Shown here: piece by piece, positions 51,177 to 64,000 of the stretch | Layout of the letters: each line of letters opens with the position of its first letter | How positions within the stretch are numbered: position 1 is the first letter of the stretch | NCBI RefSeq assembly: GCF_964355755.1 | Contig: NC_092677.1 | Location: forward strand, 18,436,101 to 18,500,100 | Direction of reading: 5' to 3' | DNA: 64,000 nt | Source: Antedon mediterranea | Taxonomy: Eukaryota; Animalia; Echinodermata | The notes under the pieces: generated by a model | Databases searched by the model: none | The model's input: only the letters and a program-made list of their open reading frames with translations | Told to the model about the DNA's origin: nothing | Translations under genes and position numbers: made by a program

Positions 51177-54100
51177 ATGAGTGAAACTAAAAAATATACC
51201 TTAGAAGAAGTCAAAGAACATAACAATGGTAATTCGCTGTGGCTTGTAATTCATGATAAAGTTTATGACGTAACCAAGTTTATTGATGAGGTAAGATAAT
51301 AAGAAGAAGGGTCCATCATTCATCGTAACTAAATCCTACTAGCTAGCTAGCTAGGCCTAGCTAGGTAGGTAGTAGGCCTAGGCTAGGCTAGTTCCGTTTC
51401 GCACCTGTCGTTTATTTCGACTCAAAATTGATTAAGTAACTTTATCGTGAGTACCACACTTTAGAATTAGCCCTCAAAAATACTTTTACGAAGGAGATCA
51501 CACAAAAAGTAAAAAATAAATCCTTTAAATTGATGAATTTGCAGACGTGTTTCTCGCACATTGGGTGAATTTCGAACACTCCATGTTCAATGTTGTTGTT
51601 TCTATGGAGCGCCAAAAGAGCAATCATAATAGTAGAGGGCTAAAAACTCAGTAAATTGCGTATATTTAATGCATTTATTGGTGAAAATTACGTTCAATTT
51701 TATCATATTTTGTCAATGTCAATTCAACAAAAATATTACTGTTGATACTGTACATGGTTTTTGCAGGAACGTTTAGGAATGAAAATCAACAAATTCATTA
51801 TCATATACATGTACTGTAGTGTAGGGGTATACCTTAATCTAAATAATATGCCTCTTAGTCTTACCCTTAGGCCTAGGGTTGGTTGCTATTTGAAAACAGC
51901 AAATTATTAGCAGTAAAATGTTACAGCATTTTTATTGACAAAATATATTAAAATTAAACGTGTATTCAATAATAAATGCATTAAAAGAAGACGCATTCCA
52001 CTGAGGTTTTAACCATCTATTGTTGTTGCTCTTTTGGCGCTCCATAGAAACGAAAATATTGAACTTCGAGTATGCTAAATTCGCGAACGGTATGCGAGAA
52101 ACATGTCTGTAAAATCATCAATTTAAGGATTTATTTGTTACTTTTTATGTGATTCTTCTTCATAAAGTACTTATGAGGCCCAATTTTAAGGTGTGGTATT
52201 CACAATAAGTTGCTTAACAATTTGGAGTCAAAAGGAAGTCGAAATAAAAACAGGTGCGAAACGGAACTAGCGCCGCCTAACCTACCTAGCCTAGGCTCAG
52301 GCTTGCTTAGTTAGGCTTAGCCTACGCATATCTAGGGGCCTGGGTCCCTAGCTAGAACTACTGTATGTAGGCCTAGACCTAGCTGGGCTAGGCTAGGCCT
52401 ACTTACTGCAGGCTAGCCATAGTAGGCATAGCCTAGGCCCTAAAAAAAGTAAAAGTGAGCTGCACACCTATCTAGCCTAAACACCTGTCCTAAACTAGGC
52501 CTAGGCATATTATTATTATTATTTAATAATATACCTCCATCTGCTAGGAATTGCTTATTAATAATGTGATGACTATTTTAAAGGATTGATTATATGCCGT
52601 GGCTATGCTTACGACAAGTCGTAAGTTTAAAGATAGTTTAAAACACACAAAATAATTGTTAATGTATAATAATTAAAACTGATACAAATTTAATGAATTG
52701 AACCTGAAGTAAAGTATGCCCAAAAGTTAGCTAGCTGTTTTATTTCTAAGAATTTCATTGTATCAACTAATATTTGAATTTTCCAATTATTATAGCATCC
52801 TGGAGGAGAAGAAGTTTTACTCGAGCAAGCAGGTACGGTTGAACCAGTAATTACACTAAATTTTAGCGGAGTTATAAACTGTACTGTAATTAAGTTTTTA
52901 AAAAGTGAGAGCTCACTTAACCCGCCTCCTCTCTACTTACTTTTATAAAACAACAAATATAAAAAATTAGAAACATTAGATTTAAAATTAAAAGTTCACC
53001 AAATTATTTTACATTTTTTAAGCCATGGGCTCCCAATTTTAAAATGTTGGACCCTCCACTTATAAGTATGTCTATCAAAAAACAATTTGATCAAATATAT
53101 TATACAGTAGGCCTACATGCCAAAATCTGAAGTTGAAATTTGGAGGCTGGTCTATTTGAGCTCTCGAAGCAGATATAAAAAGATATCTGTGTGAATGACA
53201 ACCTCTGAGCTATTATCATTGAGACCAGGTGAGCCTGGAAAAAGCACAGCACCTGAAAAGCGGTGGTTGCTATGTGAGGGTTTTGCTCTTTAGTTTGTAA
53301 AAAAATTATGGCCGCAGATGAAACTACAATGATTTAAATATAGTAAATATTGCGTGAGCTTTTTGTTTATTGGAGAAAATTAGTTATACTTATATAGAAA
53401 ATGTGAAAACTATTCGCGCCCAAAACGGAAGTGTTGTCATGTACTGTATTTAAAATGTTTTAATAGATTTTGAAATCCTAATTTGTTTTTGTTATAACAG
53501 ATGATTGTTTGTTTGATGATTTAATGTTTTTAAACTGTATTACACTTTAGCTCTCCCTAAAGCAGGCATGTTTAAGCTAGTTAAAAATATCAGGTTCCAG
53601 AAATATTTTTGTATACCATTTATAAAGTAGTAGTCCAAAAAATTTAGGACTTGATGAAAGTTGGTCGGATTTTTAGTTTGACTTTAAATTGGCATTATTT
53701 AGTAATTAATTATTCATTAATTTCATCAAATAGGCAAAGATGGCTCAGAATCGTTTGAAGATGTAGGGCACTCATCAGATGCAAGAGAGTTGATGGAAGA
53801 TTACTTCATAGGAGAACTAGTTGATGTAAGTTAATTTTACTGGGTTGAATTGCACACAGGTGTTGACAAAATCTGACACAAAATGTTGAATGTCCACAAC
53901 AATAGGGGCTGAGATGAACCAGTAATCTTTTTCTTTTCCGAAAGATGAACTGGGTTCTCCGAAGTGTACACAATTCTGATGTGTATGCTGTACCTCCAGT
54001 TTTAAGTCCTTATCCAAGTAGCTATGGTTTTTGTCGCCACCTGACTTGACCGTGTGACATTAAAATATTAGTTTCGTTTTTTTTCTCTATAGTCATTCAG

Positions 54101-56224
54101 TATCTTTGATGTAATTTTTTATTTTATATCTAGGCTGATAAAGGCAAAAGTTCATTCAAGGTATGTATATTAAATCTTTATATTACATAGCCTACCGTAT
54201 GTAAATATGTGAACATGATTGGTTGAAACTGCATCACATGACTACTTCTGCGAGGATCGTAAATTGTAGATTTCCTTGAGCACGATGATATTGACGGAGT
54301 AATTTTTGCCAAGGAATCATTAATTAGTAATTATCTGTATATTATTCTTCGCAAGGTAAGGTGAATGCAACGCCTAACTGTAGGCAGGCTTATTACATAA
54401 AAGGAGGCCTAGCTACACCTGACCCAGTAGATATTCTACTTGTTGTTGGCTATATAATATAACAGATATCGCCTTTTATATCGGTAAAATATAAGATTTG
54501 ACATCCACTCGGGAATGATATTATGCCTTTAAGAATTATATTTCCCTCAGCTAGCACTTCGGGAAATATATATTCCCTCGAACATAATATCATTCTCTTG
54601 GGTATGTCAAATCTTTGATTTAAAAAGCTAATTCTTATATTTATAGTTAATTAATTTGTTGCTAATATGTCTACTATCAAGTTTTTTTCCAAGGGTCATG
54701 GAGATTGTGAAAAATGTATAACATTTAACACACATTCTTGCAATACAGCCTAATATGTTTAATATAAAAGCATGCTATATTTGCTATCAAATAACCTTCA
54801 TATTGGATGTGTGCATAATTCATCTTCACCATATGTTTTTTTAATTAACAGCCAGTGTTTTCAAGCAGTTCTGAAAGTTCTGACGATAAACCGTATGTTG
54901 TCATATTATTTTTGTTTTCTTTGTACATCAAATTTTAATGTTTTTAAAAATGTTTGTAGGATTAATGTATAAATCCTTTATTATTATTATTATCATTTTA
55001 GCCCACACTCTTGTCATATACAGCCAATTCTGAGATTTTAAATTTTCTTAAGGCAGGGATGTCACCACGCTGGTCGGTGCTGGTCGGCCCCGACCAGCAC
55101 TCAACATTTCCGACCAGGATTAACAGGCTGCCGACCACCACTATTATTTATTAATCATTACGATATTTCTTAGGCCTAGGCCTAACTAAAATTCGTACTA
55201 AAACATTTTACCTAGCACATCGTTAATAACAGACAAGCTACCCTCATATAGATAAGACAAAAGACTACAGCAAATGTTCCCGTGGTTACGTACGTTACTT
55301 TATTTGTAACACAATACCAGGCCTACCCTGCCCTGGTATTCATTGTTACAGCTTGTGAGTCATGGCGAACAACGTGCTACACAGCACAGTGTACAAGTTT
55401 AAAGTTCACATAGTGACCATTCAAGCGTTTTATTTTGCACAGATTAAAAATACAAACAAGTACGCAGTAATTAAAAATGTACAACTACATAGACCCAAAC
55501 AAAATCATTTTTAATTGCTGAATGTTTTGTCACCCTGCTTTAATTATATTATGTTACTTCTAGTTTTACATTTTTGTACTCTACGAACTATTAAAAAAAA
55601 TAAAAAAACATGCGCATGGTTTAGTGAGACCGGGCAAGTTTGTTCGTTTATGATCGCCGAGCATGGTACAATAATTACACGTCCCTGGGATAACTTCAGG
55701 TTGCTGAACTTCAGTTAACCCATAAACACGTGTCTCTGTTCTTGCCGGCCATGCACTACATGCTTGCCGCACAGTTGTGAAACAAAAAATCCGGAATTCG
55801 CGAATACGCTAAAAAACTCTCGCGCAAAAGAACACGAACATTATATCGAGCAACAAGTAGTAAGGTCTATACTAGGCTAATCATTTATCTACATTATTTG
55901 ATTAGGGATTAGGCCTAAATAAAGAAGCGCCCGTTTTTGTGGAATTCAGATTTTGGGTTTTGGGGCATCTATCTGAGCCTTGGCTAGGCCTTAGTGGTCG
56001 TAGTGTCTACTCCAAAAAGCTGGTGACATCCCTGTTAAGGTGTGGGAGGTGATTTCAATTTATACCCAAAAATAATGTTAATTTACTAGCACACATAGCT
56101 CAGCATAGTACTAAACACAAATCTTCATTTTATCTACAGTACAAGTATATGGTCTTGGTTGTTCCCAGTTGGTGTAGCCTTGCTGGTAGCACTTGCTTAT
56201 CGTTATTATCTTACATCATCCTAA
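51177..56224 (+). CDS. CYB5: Cytochrome b5, tail-anchored, 131 aa. Exons 51177-51290, 52796-52832, 53734-53825, 54134-54160, 54852-54892, 56140-56224
   Basis: Spliced protein [135 protein letters not shown] and GHS heme-ligand motifs, C-terminal TM segment, all introns GT-AG. Confidence 0.96.
51388..52270. mobile_element. Foldback MITE with long (about 300-350 bp) TIRs in cytochrome b5 intron 1
   Basis: CTAGTTCCGTTTCGCACCTG...CAGGTGCGAAACGGAACTAG; internal inverted matches such as TTTCTATGGAGCGCCAAAAGAGCAA / TTGCTCTTTTGGCGCTCCATAGAAA. Confidence 0.85.
55054..56034. mobile_element. Non-autonomous DNA transposon with CAGGG termini and 6-bp TSD (hAT6-like)
   Basis: 14-bp TIR CAGGGATGTCACCA...TGGTGACATCCCTG; TSD TTAAGG at 55048-55053 and 56035-56040; subterminal CGACCA repeats. 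Confidence 0.88.
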
Positions 56225-57249
56225 TTGATAGCTGAATGAAGATAGACTACCACAGCTTTCAAGAGAACCTGCTAAGCTCGACCCAAAACATGTCATGTAA
56301 TGTCTAACAATGTTCGTCCGATATATATTCCAACAGTAGATTTTGTTTTAGTTAAAATACAATATTTTCAAACTATGCACTATGAAAATTAATTATTTAT
56401 ATCAATTATTACTGTACTTTTAATCCTATACGTCGTAATACAAATCATGATATTTTTAGTTATAGATTAGCACTGATTGAATGATTATGTAATTCAAATT
56501 CCACCTGCTCAAATTTAAGATATTGGATGCGTAGCTATTATAATGAGATGCGGATTGCTTTTTTTTTTTAATCGGTAATTTATTAAATAACCATTGAATA
56601 ATTATATATTCTATTTTTATCCTTATTACAATAATTCCTTGTCATGTTAATAAAATTTACGATATTTGACAGAAAAAAATGTGTTTGTTGTATTAAAACA
56701 ATACACCATTGGGTATGGTTTATTTACATTCACTTACTAACTATATTTTAACTATTTTTGTATTTCCATAAATCTATGATAAATAAATGAAATATCTCGG
56801 CAGCTGATTCGGTATATCACTGAACCAACAAAAGATGATCGGATTATTGCTTTCATACAAGTGGAATTGCTACATCTTTATTTTGTTTGAAATAGACCAT
56901 CTTCAATAATTGGTCTGATGGCATCAAAATATACCTACATTAGAACAGAATACAAAATTGACAGCTTAGCTGATAACAAGCCCTCCACCTATGTTCCAAT
57001 ACAATAGACAGTTACAGAATTTAACAAAAATAAGCAAGAAATACGGTAGGCCATATTTTATTGCATTATTTTGGGGCTATACACTATAAAATATGAATTT
57101 TGTTTTTTAAAGAAACAATCTGTCGGAGTCAAGATTTTACACCCCACCCTCAGGATAAACCAGGGTCGAATCCAGGATTTGTGAAACGGGACAGAGAACT
57201 TATTAGCAATATTCTTGTAATTTACTTTTAAAAGGGCCATTATTTATTA

Positions 57250-57574
57250 AAACATGAAAAATAAATATTAATAAAATTAGACTTTGAATATATTTGTTGT
57301 AGTTTTAATCAACTTCCGTAGAAAAAAAACCTGGGAAAAAAATAAGGTTTTCACTTATAAAATGACAAAATAAATGGTTAAATTCAACTAAAAACCCATT
57401 GGCTGGCAGCCATTTTGACTATATTTTGTTTTGAAATACAGTTTTTTAGGTAAATACATTTTATTTTAAATCCAATTTTTGGTCAAAGTAGATAACAATT
57501 AGGTGACATTGAAATAGCATATTCAACAAAAACAATTTAAGAATTATTTTTTCAGGAGGACAATACATCTTTAA
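57250..57574. mobile_element. Short TTAA-flanked Kolobok-like repeat; partial copies at 38520-38780 and 40640-40848
   Basis: Family termini TTAA|AGATGTATTGTC (seen at 38516) and GACAATACATCT|TTAA (seen here and near 40845); shared internal motif G(C)ATATTCAACAAAAACA. Confidence 0.6.
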
Positions 57575-58339
57575 ATAAAAACCATGTTCACAGAAAAACC
57601 CTTTCACAACACTCTGGAAACGAACCAGGACAGTTCGCATTTTACTAAGACTATTGCTAAGACTACTATGACATACCGTTTTTTTTTTCTTTTAAACAAA
57701 CGCCCCATATATATACACAGTATTGTATTACAACACACTTTGATCAGCAGTAGAATTCATTGACTTCTATGCTCTAAAATTGACCAAGCATTTTGTTACA
57801 ATTTTTTTTTCTCAATTTCTTCATATTAATACTGTTGTATTTTGTCATATATATTTATGTATTTATTTGATTATACACGTTACTATATTACATCCAAAGA
57901 AATAATCGTCTCCCCCGAATAAACGTTTCCCTAAAAACTCTTCTGAACAAAACGTTTATTCGAATAAATACGGTATCTGGTTTTATAATACTGTACAGTA
58001 TTAAAATGCACTTTACTCCCAACCCCATGGTCTTTACCATCCAGATAAGCCCACTATTGCACCTAACGATTCTTATAGGTAGCAATAGACGTCGGCTTAG
58101 TCATGCTGGAATATTATACATTGTTTATGGTGATATATTCAGATATTCAGATAATATTTATTTAGATAATAATGAATGAATATATACAAAATAGAAAAAA
58201 GATATTAAAGTGAACATAGATAAAGCAGTAATTGGTAGAAGTTATATTATGTATATATCATGAGGACGATCAAAGTTATATTTATCGAAACGTCGAGAAA
58301 CTCATAACCACCATACAAACATTCAAGCAATATATATTT

Positions 58340-61300
58340 TTATGTTATTGTTTTTTCCTGCTTTTTTGCAATATCACTAACGCGTGATGGTGATCTTTTT
58401 GACTCTTGCCATTTTCTGAACCAAAAGTCGAGGGCTTCCAAAAATGTTAACAAACTTGCACCAAAGAAAAGTCCTAAGGCGCCACCAATATCACCTATTG
58501 AAAACAAAGACATTGTGAAATCAAATTGATTGTTTTCGAGCTTCGGAGTCTCAATAGATTTAACTTCGTTTAAGAATTTCCACTTCAACATTATATGAAA
58601 TTACAGTTATTTATTTCTCATGGTATATTTAATAAACAAAAGTCATCTATACAGTAAAATTGAATTGCGATAATTGTTTACATAAATAAATAATAAATTT
58701 AATTTAGAATTAATATAGTGTTAGAAAAATTAATTTACTAAAAAAAAAAATGGCTTACAAATCAACGAAAACACATCATAATCTTCTTGTTCTGTGATTG
58801 TTTCTAATTCCAACGTTTTGTAGTACACCTCCATGTTAACCAGATTTGACCTAGAAAATCAAATCAAAAGTAACAAGAATTAAACGGGAATTAATATTTC
58901 ACTATAGTTATTGGTCTATAGTTGTTCTTAATATAATCACCTGATTTACTCTTAAAGACCCCTTCCCTGCAATTTTGGACGTTTTTTGGAAAATAATACA
59001 AATATATCACTTTAAAAACATTAAACCATGTCATTCCTTGTCTTAAATGTACGTTTTATGGTAAATTATGATAAAAAGTGAGAAACAATGCACTACCTAA
59101 GTAGCTCGCGGCGATCGACCTCTCGTGGACGGTCTCAGGCCTAGCCTAGCTAGGCTTAGTTTTGTAGGCCTAGCTGGTAAACATCGGTAACGTACGAACA
59201 TCGTACGCTAGCTATATACCTAGTCTGACGTTGTATAGTTGCTGCATTAATTGTCTTTCTATTTTTGCCAGACTCCGTTGATACAAATTGGGGAAAACCC
59301 AGTATTTTCGCTGAAAAGTTAGGAGTCTTCCATTTGTTTTGGCTTCACGATCGATCGAAAAGTGGGCGAATTACAGGTGAAAAACAACAATATCAATCCG
59401 CGCGCAATGCATTTTGGGATTTATAGCGGGCCGCTATAATTATTAAAATTGATTTATTTTTCACATTTTTAACCGTTTAAAGACGAAAAAAGTTATCGCA
59501 ATAGGACCATATAGTATTATTTTTACATTAAATATAGTTTGTGATCTTAAATTAGATCTAAAAAACGTAGGGAATGGGGCTTTAACATTAAAAATAGGCA
59601 CTAGAATAACAAGATCTTTAGTTACATGACCATGACACGGCATAGCATTAAAGCATATACTCAATAAGATATTGTTTTCGTTTTCTAGCATATTTAAGAT
59701 GTTCACCAGCCAAACCATCAAGTCCGGGTGATTTCCATTTTCCAGAGAGTTTATCAATGCAATTAGATACAAGATTAGAAGTGACATTTATACCAATCTC
59801 AGGCGGACAGTATTCTAGAGTCTCCTCTAAAAATCTTTATGAGTTGTGTTATCCACACAGTTAAACAAATGCTCATATTGTTTGGCCTAATGATTACATA
59901 GTCACCACTAACATTATCAATACCTTCATTATTAGCACTAGTGTCAAACATATGCTACACCTTCCCAAAAACCTTGGTAGTCCCTATCACTGAAAGATTG
60001 AGCTAATCAGCCCTCATTTATTGATTCTGTTTACATGTGCGTAACGCCAACTTAAAATGAGAACGAGAAATTTTCATACAATGAAACACAGGCCCATTTC
60101 TGGGGTTTTCGTTGTTATCCATAATAAAAAGGCTTCACGAGCAACAGAATGCAGATCAGAAACATAATCATTCTAGCCGGCCCGGCACAATAACTTAGAC
60201 CTAGATGGCTTCAAACATTCACTAGATGCACGTTTAAGGCAAGCAACAATATTGTTATACCGGTAATCAATAGCAAGACGGTGACACTCATTTGCTACAA
60301 TTAACATTGATACATGTTAGTGCATCAGTACAAATTTTAACATTACTAAGTAAATATTCAGTAATTGAGGCATAATAATCAATATCAGCACCTTTAACTT
60401 TAGCCCAGTTAACGTATTCATGTTTAAGCTTGGTTCCCACTAGAACGTAACGCAAGTACGTAAACGCAACGCAAGCGTTTTAACCAATGACAAGCGAAGT
60501 TATAGACAGTTAACAATCACAAGCGAATAAGCCATCGCTTGTGATTGGTCAATACGTCCTTGTGTTGCGTCGCTAGTGGGAATCACGCTTTAGATTCACT
60601 TTCATTGGAACCTTTAAAAGAGATAGCATATTCAAATAATAAGGGAAAATGATCAGATCCCCCAAAAATATCTACTTTAGTTACACAAGCATTAGCTCCA
60701 TAAGTGCACACAATATGATCCAACCAACTTGTGATTCATTGAGATTGACTTAAACATTAATGCACAGTTATCTGAATCAAAACCTAAGTAAGATAAATCT
60801 GACAGTATCAAATCGTTTTCAGAGACAAACTTTATCAGCTTTTTGGTGCTGTGAAATTCATTAATAATCGTTTGAATTTTACATAGATAATCAACAAACT
60901 CAATGAAATTATCAGCATTATTGTCATAGGGAAGATACACATTAATAAGAAGGGATACATGTGCTCCTTTTCCTATTGTGACCCCAATCAATATTTTATC
61001 ATTAAAATCAATGCAAGAGATAACATTCGATAACTTCTTTCTGTAAAAATGGCTACCCCACCATAAGGACGTCTCAATAGTAATCCATCAGAGCTGCAGA
61101 CCTGTCAGACACTAACACAATCAAAATCAACACATGAAAAGACATAAATAAACAATTCATCATCAGTAAGCCAATGCTCTTGTATGCATGGCTACAAAAT
61201 CATTGCATAAATCGTAAATCTCTTTTTTTTGCGAGATTTAAAGAACTTGCAGTTATAGGTAACACACCACAGCTTTTCATTCATCGGCATCAATGTCCTT

Positions 61301-63486
61301 AGTGGTTTTTAAATGCAATTTAATATCATCAGTGATGGTATCAGGAGACATGTTACCCAAGTAAAACTTGCATGGAGGAGGTGGTCTACCCTTGAGTGCA
61401 ATATTTACACCAGTTCCGCGTTTGTTTTTACTTTGGCGCTGGGAATGACGTTGGAATCTAAACCCATCTTCATCCTGAGAATCAGCACGATTTCCATCTG
61501 TCATCTTGCAGTATCGATGCATGATTCCGGTTTCTATCTGGCAGTACAGCAGAAGCATTATTAACACTCATTACGTGTAATTTCATCCGCCGATAGGAGG
61601 CTATTGAATCTTTTGGTTGAAGGGAGTATTCTCCCTTTCGTCTGCTCATGACCGCCTTACTACCAATATGTTGCTTAGCAACTGCTTGAGCAAACGATTT
61701 GGGACAATCATCACATTAGTTAAGTCCAATTTGGAATTATTTGAATGTATTGTTGTACTTGCTTAGAAATATCATTTCTTTGACTAGCAGCATAGGCAAT
61801 GTCGAACCACTTATAAGTTAGTTTTTAGCTTTATTTTAGTTATAGTTGATATTCTATTGTAGTGTGTTATAAAATAATAATCATAGTTGACCATCACAGG
61901 TACAGGGAACATTGCTATTGAAGACAAAATGATTCAATAGAATCAATATTTACGGTATGTTTTTAAAAATCCATTTTCGGTAGCGATCGATCAAAGACCA
62001 TTTTCAGAAATGTTTTTTTTGTGGATCAATGTTTAATTGCAATTTCGCAGTCACGATCTCATTTTGCAAGACAAATAAAATGCAGAGTGTGCTCCATTAT
62101 GTACATTTACTGATTATGAAGATTGGAATATACACGTTGAGAAAATGATTATGACTGTCATGAATAAGACAATTTATTAAGTAGATATTGTATATATTTT
62201 ATAACTACAGTATTTTCTTGTTAATACAAAAATATTTTTTTTAAATTTATTTTGTATTTATTCAATTTCTGCCATATACATAAATAAAGAAGACAAAACA
62301 ATTATAAAAGGAGGCACGGAAAGACCAAACAGGTGCTAAACACCTATGCTAGTTGGTCAACCCAGAACAGAGAAAATTAAATAAATTACGTTCTACAATA
62401 AAAGCATCGACAAGAAAGCGACCAACTACACACATTTTTAATATCAAAATTATTTAAAAAATAAATATTGAGATAATTAATCTTAAACTCGTGTTCATTT
62501 AAGTAAATGATTCCGATTTCTATCACAATTAAACATGTTTTTTTAGTGTATTCGCAATTAACAGTCACGATTTCAATTTGACTTAGATATCTCAATCCCA
62601 AACGAACGCCACTCTAACATTTTGCTATGGAACACTCATACTGTACATACTACAAACCTTATGGTTTCAATACTGTGATCTTTAAACGGTATTTTTCTTT
62701 AAAGTTTTTAAAATTACTTTAAAATGGCTATGCACCATAATACTATGGTATGATTTTTGCGGTTTATGCTTAAAAATACTTTTATTAATTTAATTTATTG
62801 TTATAGCATAATACATTAAAACATATCAATGCATTGATAAAAGGTTGAAATGTAAAAGAAAAACAAGTTTAACTCGATGAACTTATATATAGAATATAGA
62901 ATTAAGCACTGATGAGATAATAAAGTCTTTCGATTGTGATCAATAAACTCTAATTTAGTGATTTGCAGTAATAATTTAATACGATTTACTTTTGTAGGTA
63001 CCTTACCTCATGTAATCAACTGCCAGTTCAGTTCCTTGTCGAAAAGTCAATACTTTCTCCGCAATCATAAATGTAAGGTTGCGAGTGTCGTTGTAAAACA
63101 GGCTAACATATGTCGACGACGTAAAATTAAGAAATCCAGTAAGATTCTTTCTGTCAAACTGGATGAGCTCATCAAGACTGTTCCAAAACCTAAAGTTCAC
63201 ATCACTATTGCCAGTCAATGCCATAACATTGACAATGTCAGTCTTCACCATTATGCTAATTGCTGATCCCCATTCCGTTGTTATGTTATCAATGTGATTC
63301 AATTCGTAGTATACCTCATTGCATATCGAGCGTACTATGCCTGCTACTATATCTTCCGCCAATTGTGTTAGATACTTTTTGAAACTATTCCCATCCGTAC
63401 TTAAGTAATTCAAAATCTTCTGAACTGCCATGTCAAGTAAAGTGATACCATCAAAACCAGTGTCAATTGATCTCAAAAATTCTTTC
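58340..63486 (-). CDS. DEG/ENaC (ASIC-like) channel subunit, last three exons: 63007-63486, 58759-58850, 58340-58494; the gene continues beyond the window
   Basis: Spliced ...LAVDYMRSNLVNMEVYYKTLELETITEQEDYDVFSLICDIGGALGLFFGASLLTFLEALDFWFRKW...*, with the TM2 signature DIGG.LGLF.GAS; GT-AG introns and compatible phases. Confidence 0.9.
58956..59581. mobile_element. Kolobok-like MITE with TTAA TSD
   Basis: TTAA|AGACCCCTTCCCTGC ... GTAGGGAATGGGGCT|TTAA; imperfect TIR. Confidence 0.65.
59586..61800 (-). mobile_element. Degenerate L2-group LINE (ORF1 relic about 61277-61567, APE 60660-61260, start of RT about 59600-59790)
   Basis: Remnants TYNCKFFK, CIQEHWL, GRPYGG, INVYLPYD, SDHFPL and LENGNHPDL (degenerate GKSPGLDG). 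Confidence 0.75.
60427..60589. mobile_element. Small Harbinger-like MITE nested in the LINE relic
   Basis: TTA|AGCTTGGTTCCCACTAG ... CTAGTGGGAATCACGCT|TTA. Confidence 0.75.
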
Positions 63487-64000
63487 CTGAATAATACCAA
63501 GTGAAAAATACATCTAATTTGTCATTAATATCATAATTAATTATATATAATTGTATATAAATCCAAAGGCAAAATTCTGAAAAAAAATGACAATGATGGG
63601 TGTATGTGGCTGGATCTCAATAGAGATAAAAAAAAAGCGAAAGGCTAAATTAAAAGGATAAAATAAAACAGCCAGACTAAGTCTTGAGTAGAGAGCTTGT
63701 TCATCTGTGTTGCTTAATCGAACAACGCGGGACTTAGCGAAACGTATTTGCATTACAAATAATAAGATAGATTTGGCTAAATTTATCAATATCCCAGTTA
63801 ACACATCGAAGAGACAGAACCCGGACATTGGATCTGTTTCTACTAACTGGAGAATGATGCTGGTCTAGGCCTACCCTCATGCAATCATGAATTCAGAAAG
63901 ACACTGAACTGTCACTGATCTTTCAGCACACTGAACCCAGATTTCTGATTTGTAAGCAAGCGTAGATACGTTACGATAATATTGTGTTCTTGTCTCGACA

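Noticed and set aside
58495-58591. N-terminal part of ORF 58340-58591
   Set aside because: It lies upstream of the AG acceptor at 58495-58496 and is intronic; the real frame comes from exon 58759-58850.

Overview
AT-rich, intron-rich animal genomic DNA, not prokaryotic. A marine invertebrate, possibly an echinoderm, is inferred from the transposon repertoire and frequent TAGGCCTA. Host genes: (1) a complete 6-exon cytochrome b5 (+, 51177-56224); (2) the last three exons of a DEG/ENaC/ASIC-like channel (-, 58340-63486) with a long insert before the last ectodomain strands; (3) a secreted-precursor gene largely missed by the ORF track, read by hand (+, 22878-37706). Gene 3 has a signal-peptide exon, seven symmetric phase-1 micro-exons (27-42 nt) encoding short peptides separated by GRR/RxRR cleavage sites, three EGF exons with extra cysteines, and a terminal exon. 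Top finding: the EGF and terminal exons lie in a 7.67-kb block bounded by two near-identical, directly repeated MULE-type MITEs. Only the outer MITE ends share a perfect 9-bp duplication (AGCCGGGAA), and the block separates a Rex/Babar LINE body from what looks like its 3' tail. This suggests a composite transposon that moved EGF exons into a micro-exon peptide gene, with further micro-exon paralogs stranded downstream. Also present: a Tx1/L1 with intact ORF2 and a ~139-bp target duplication, head-to-tail Helitron tandems and a paralogous empty site, two CAGGG-ended elements with 6-bp TSDs, recurrent TA-to-TAGGCCTA footprints, MULE, EnSpm, Transib, DIRS and LINE relics, and a 54/57-bp minisatellite. 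Everything was read by eye; family names come from remembered motifs, not database searches, and relic boundaries are approximate.
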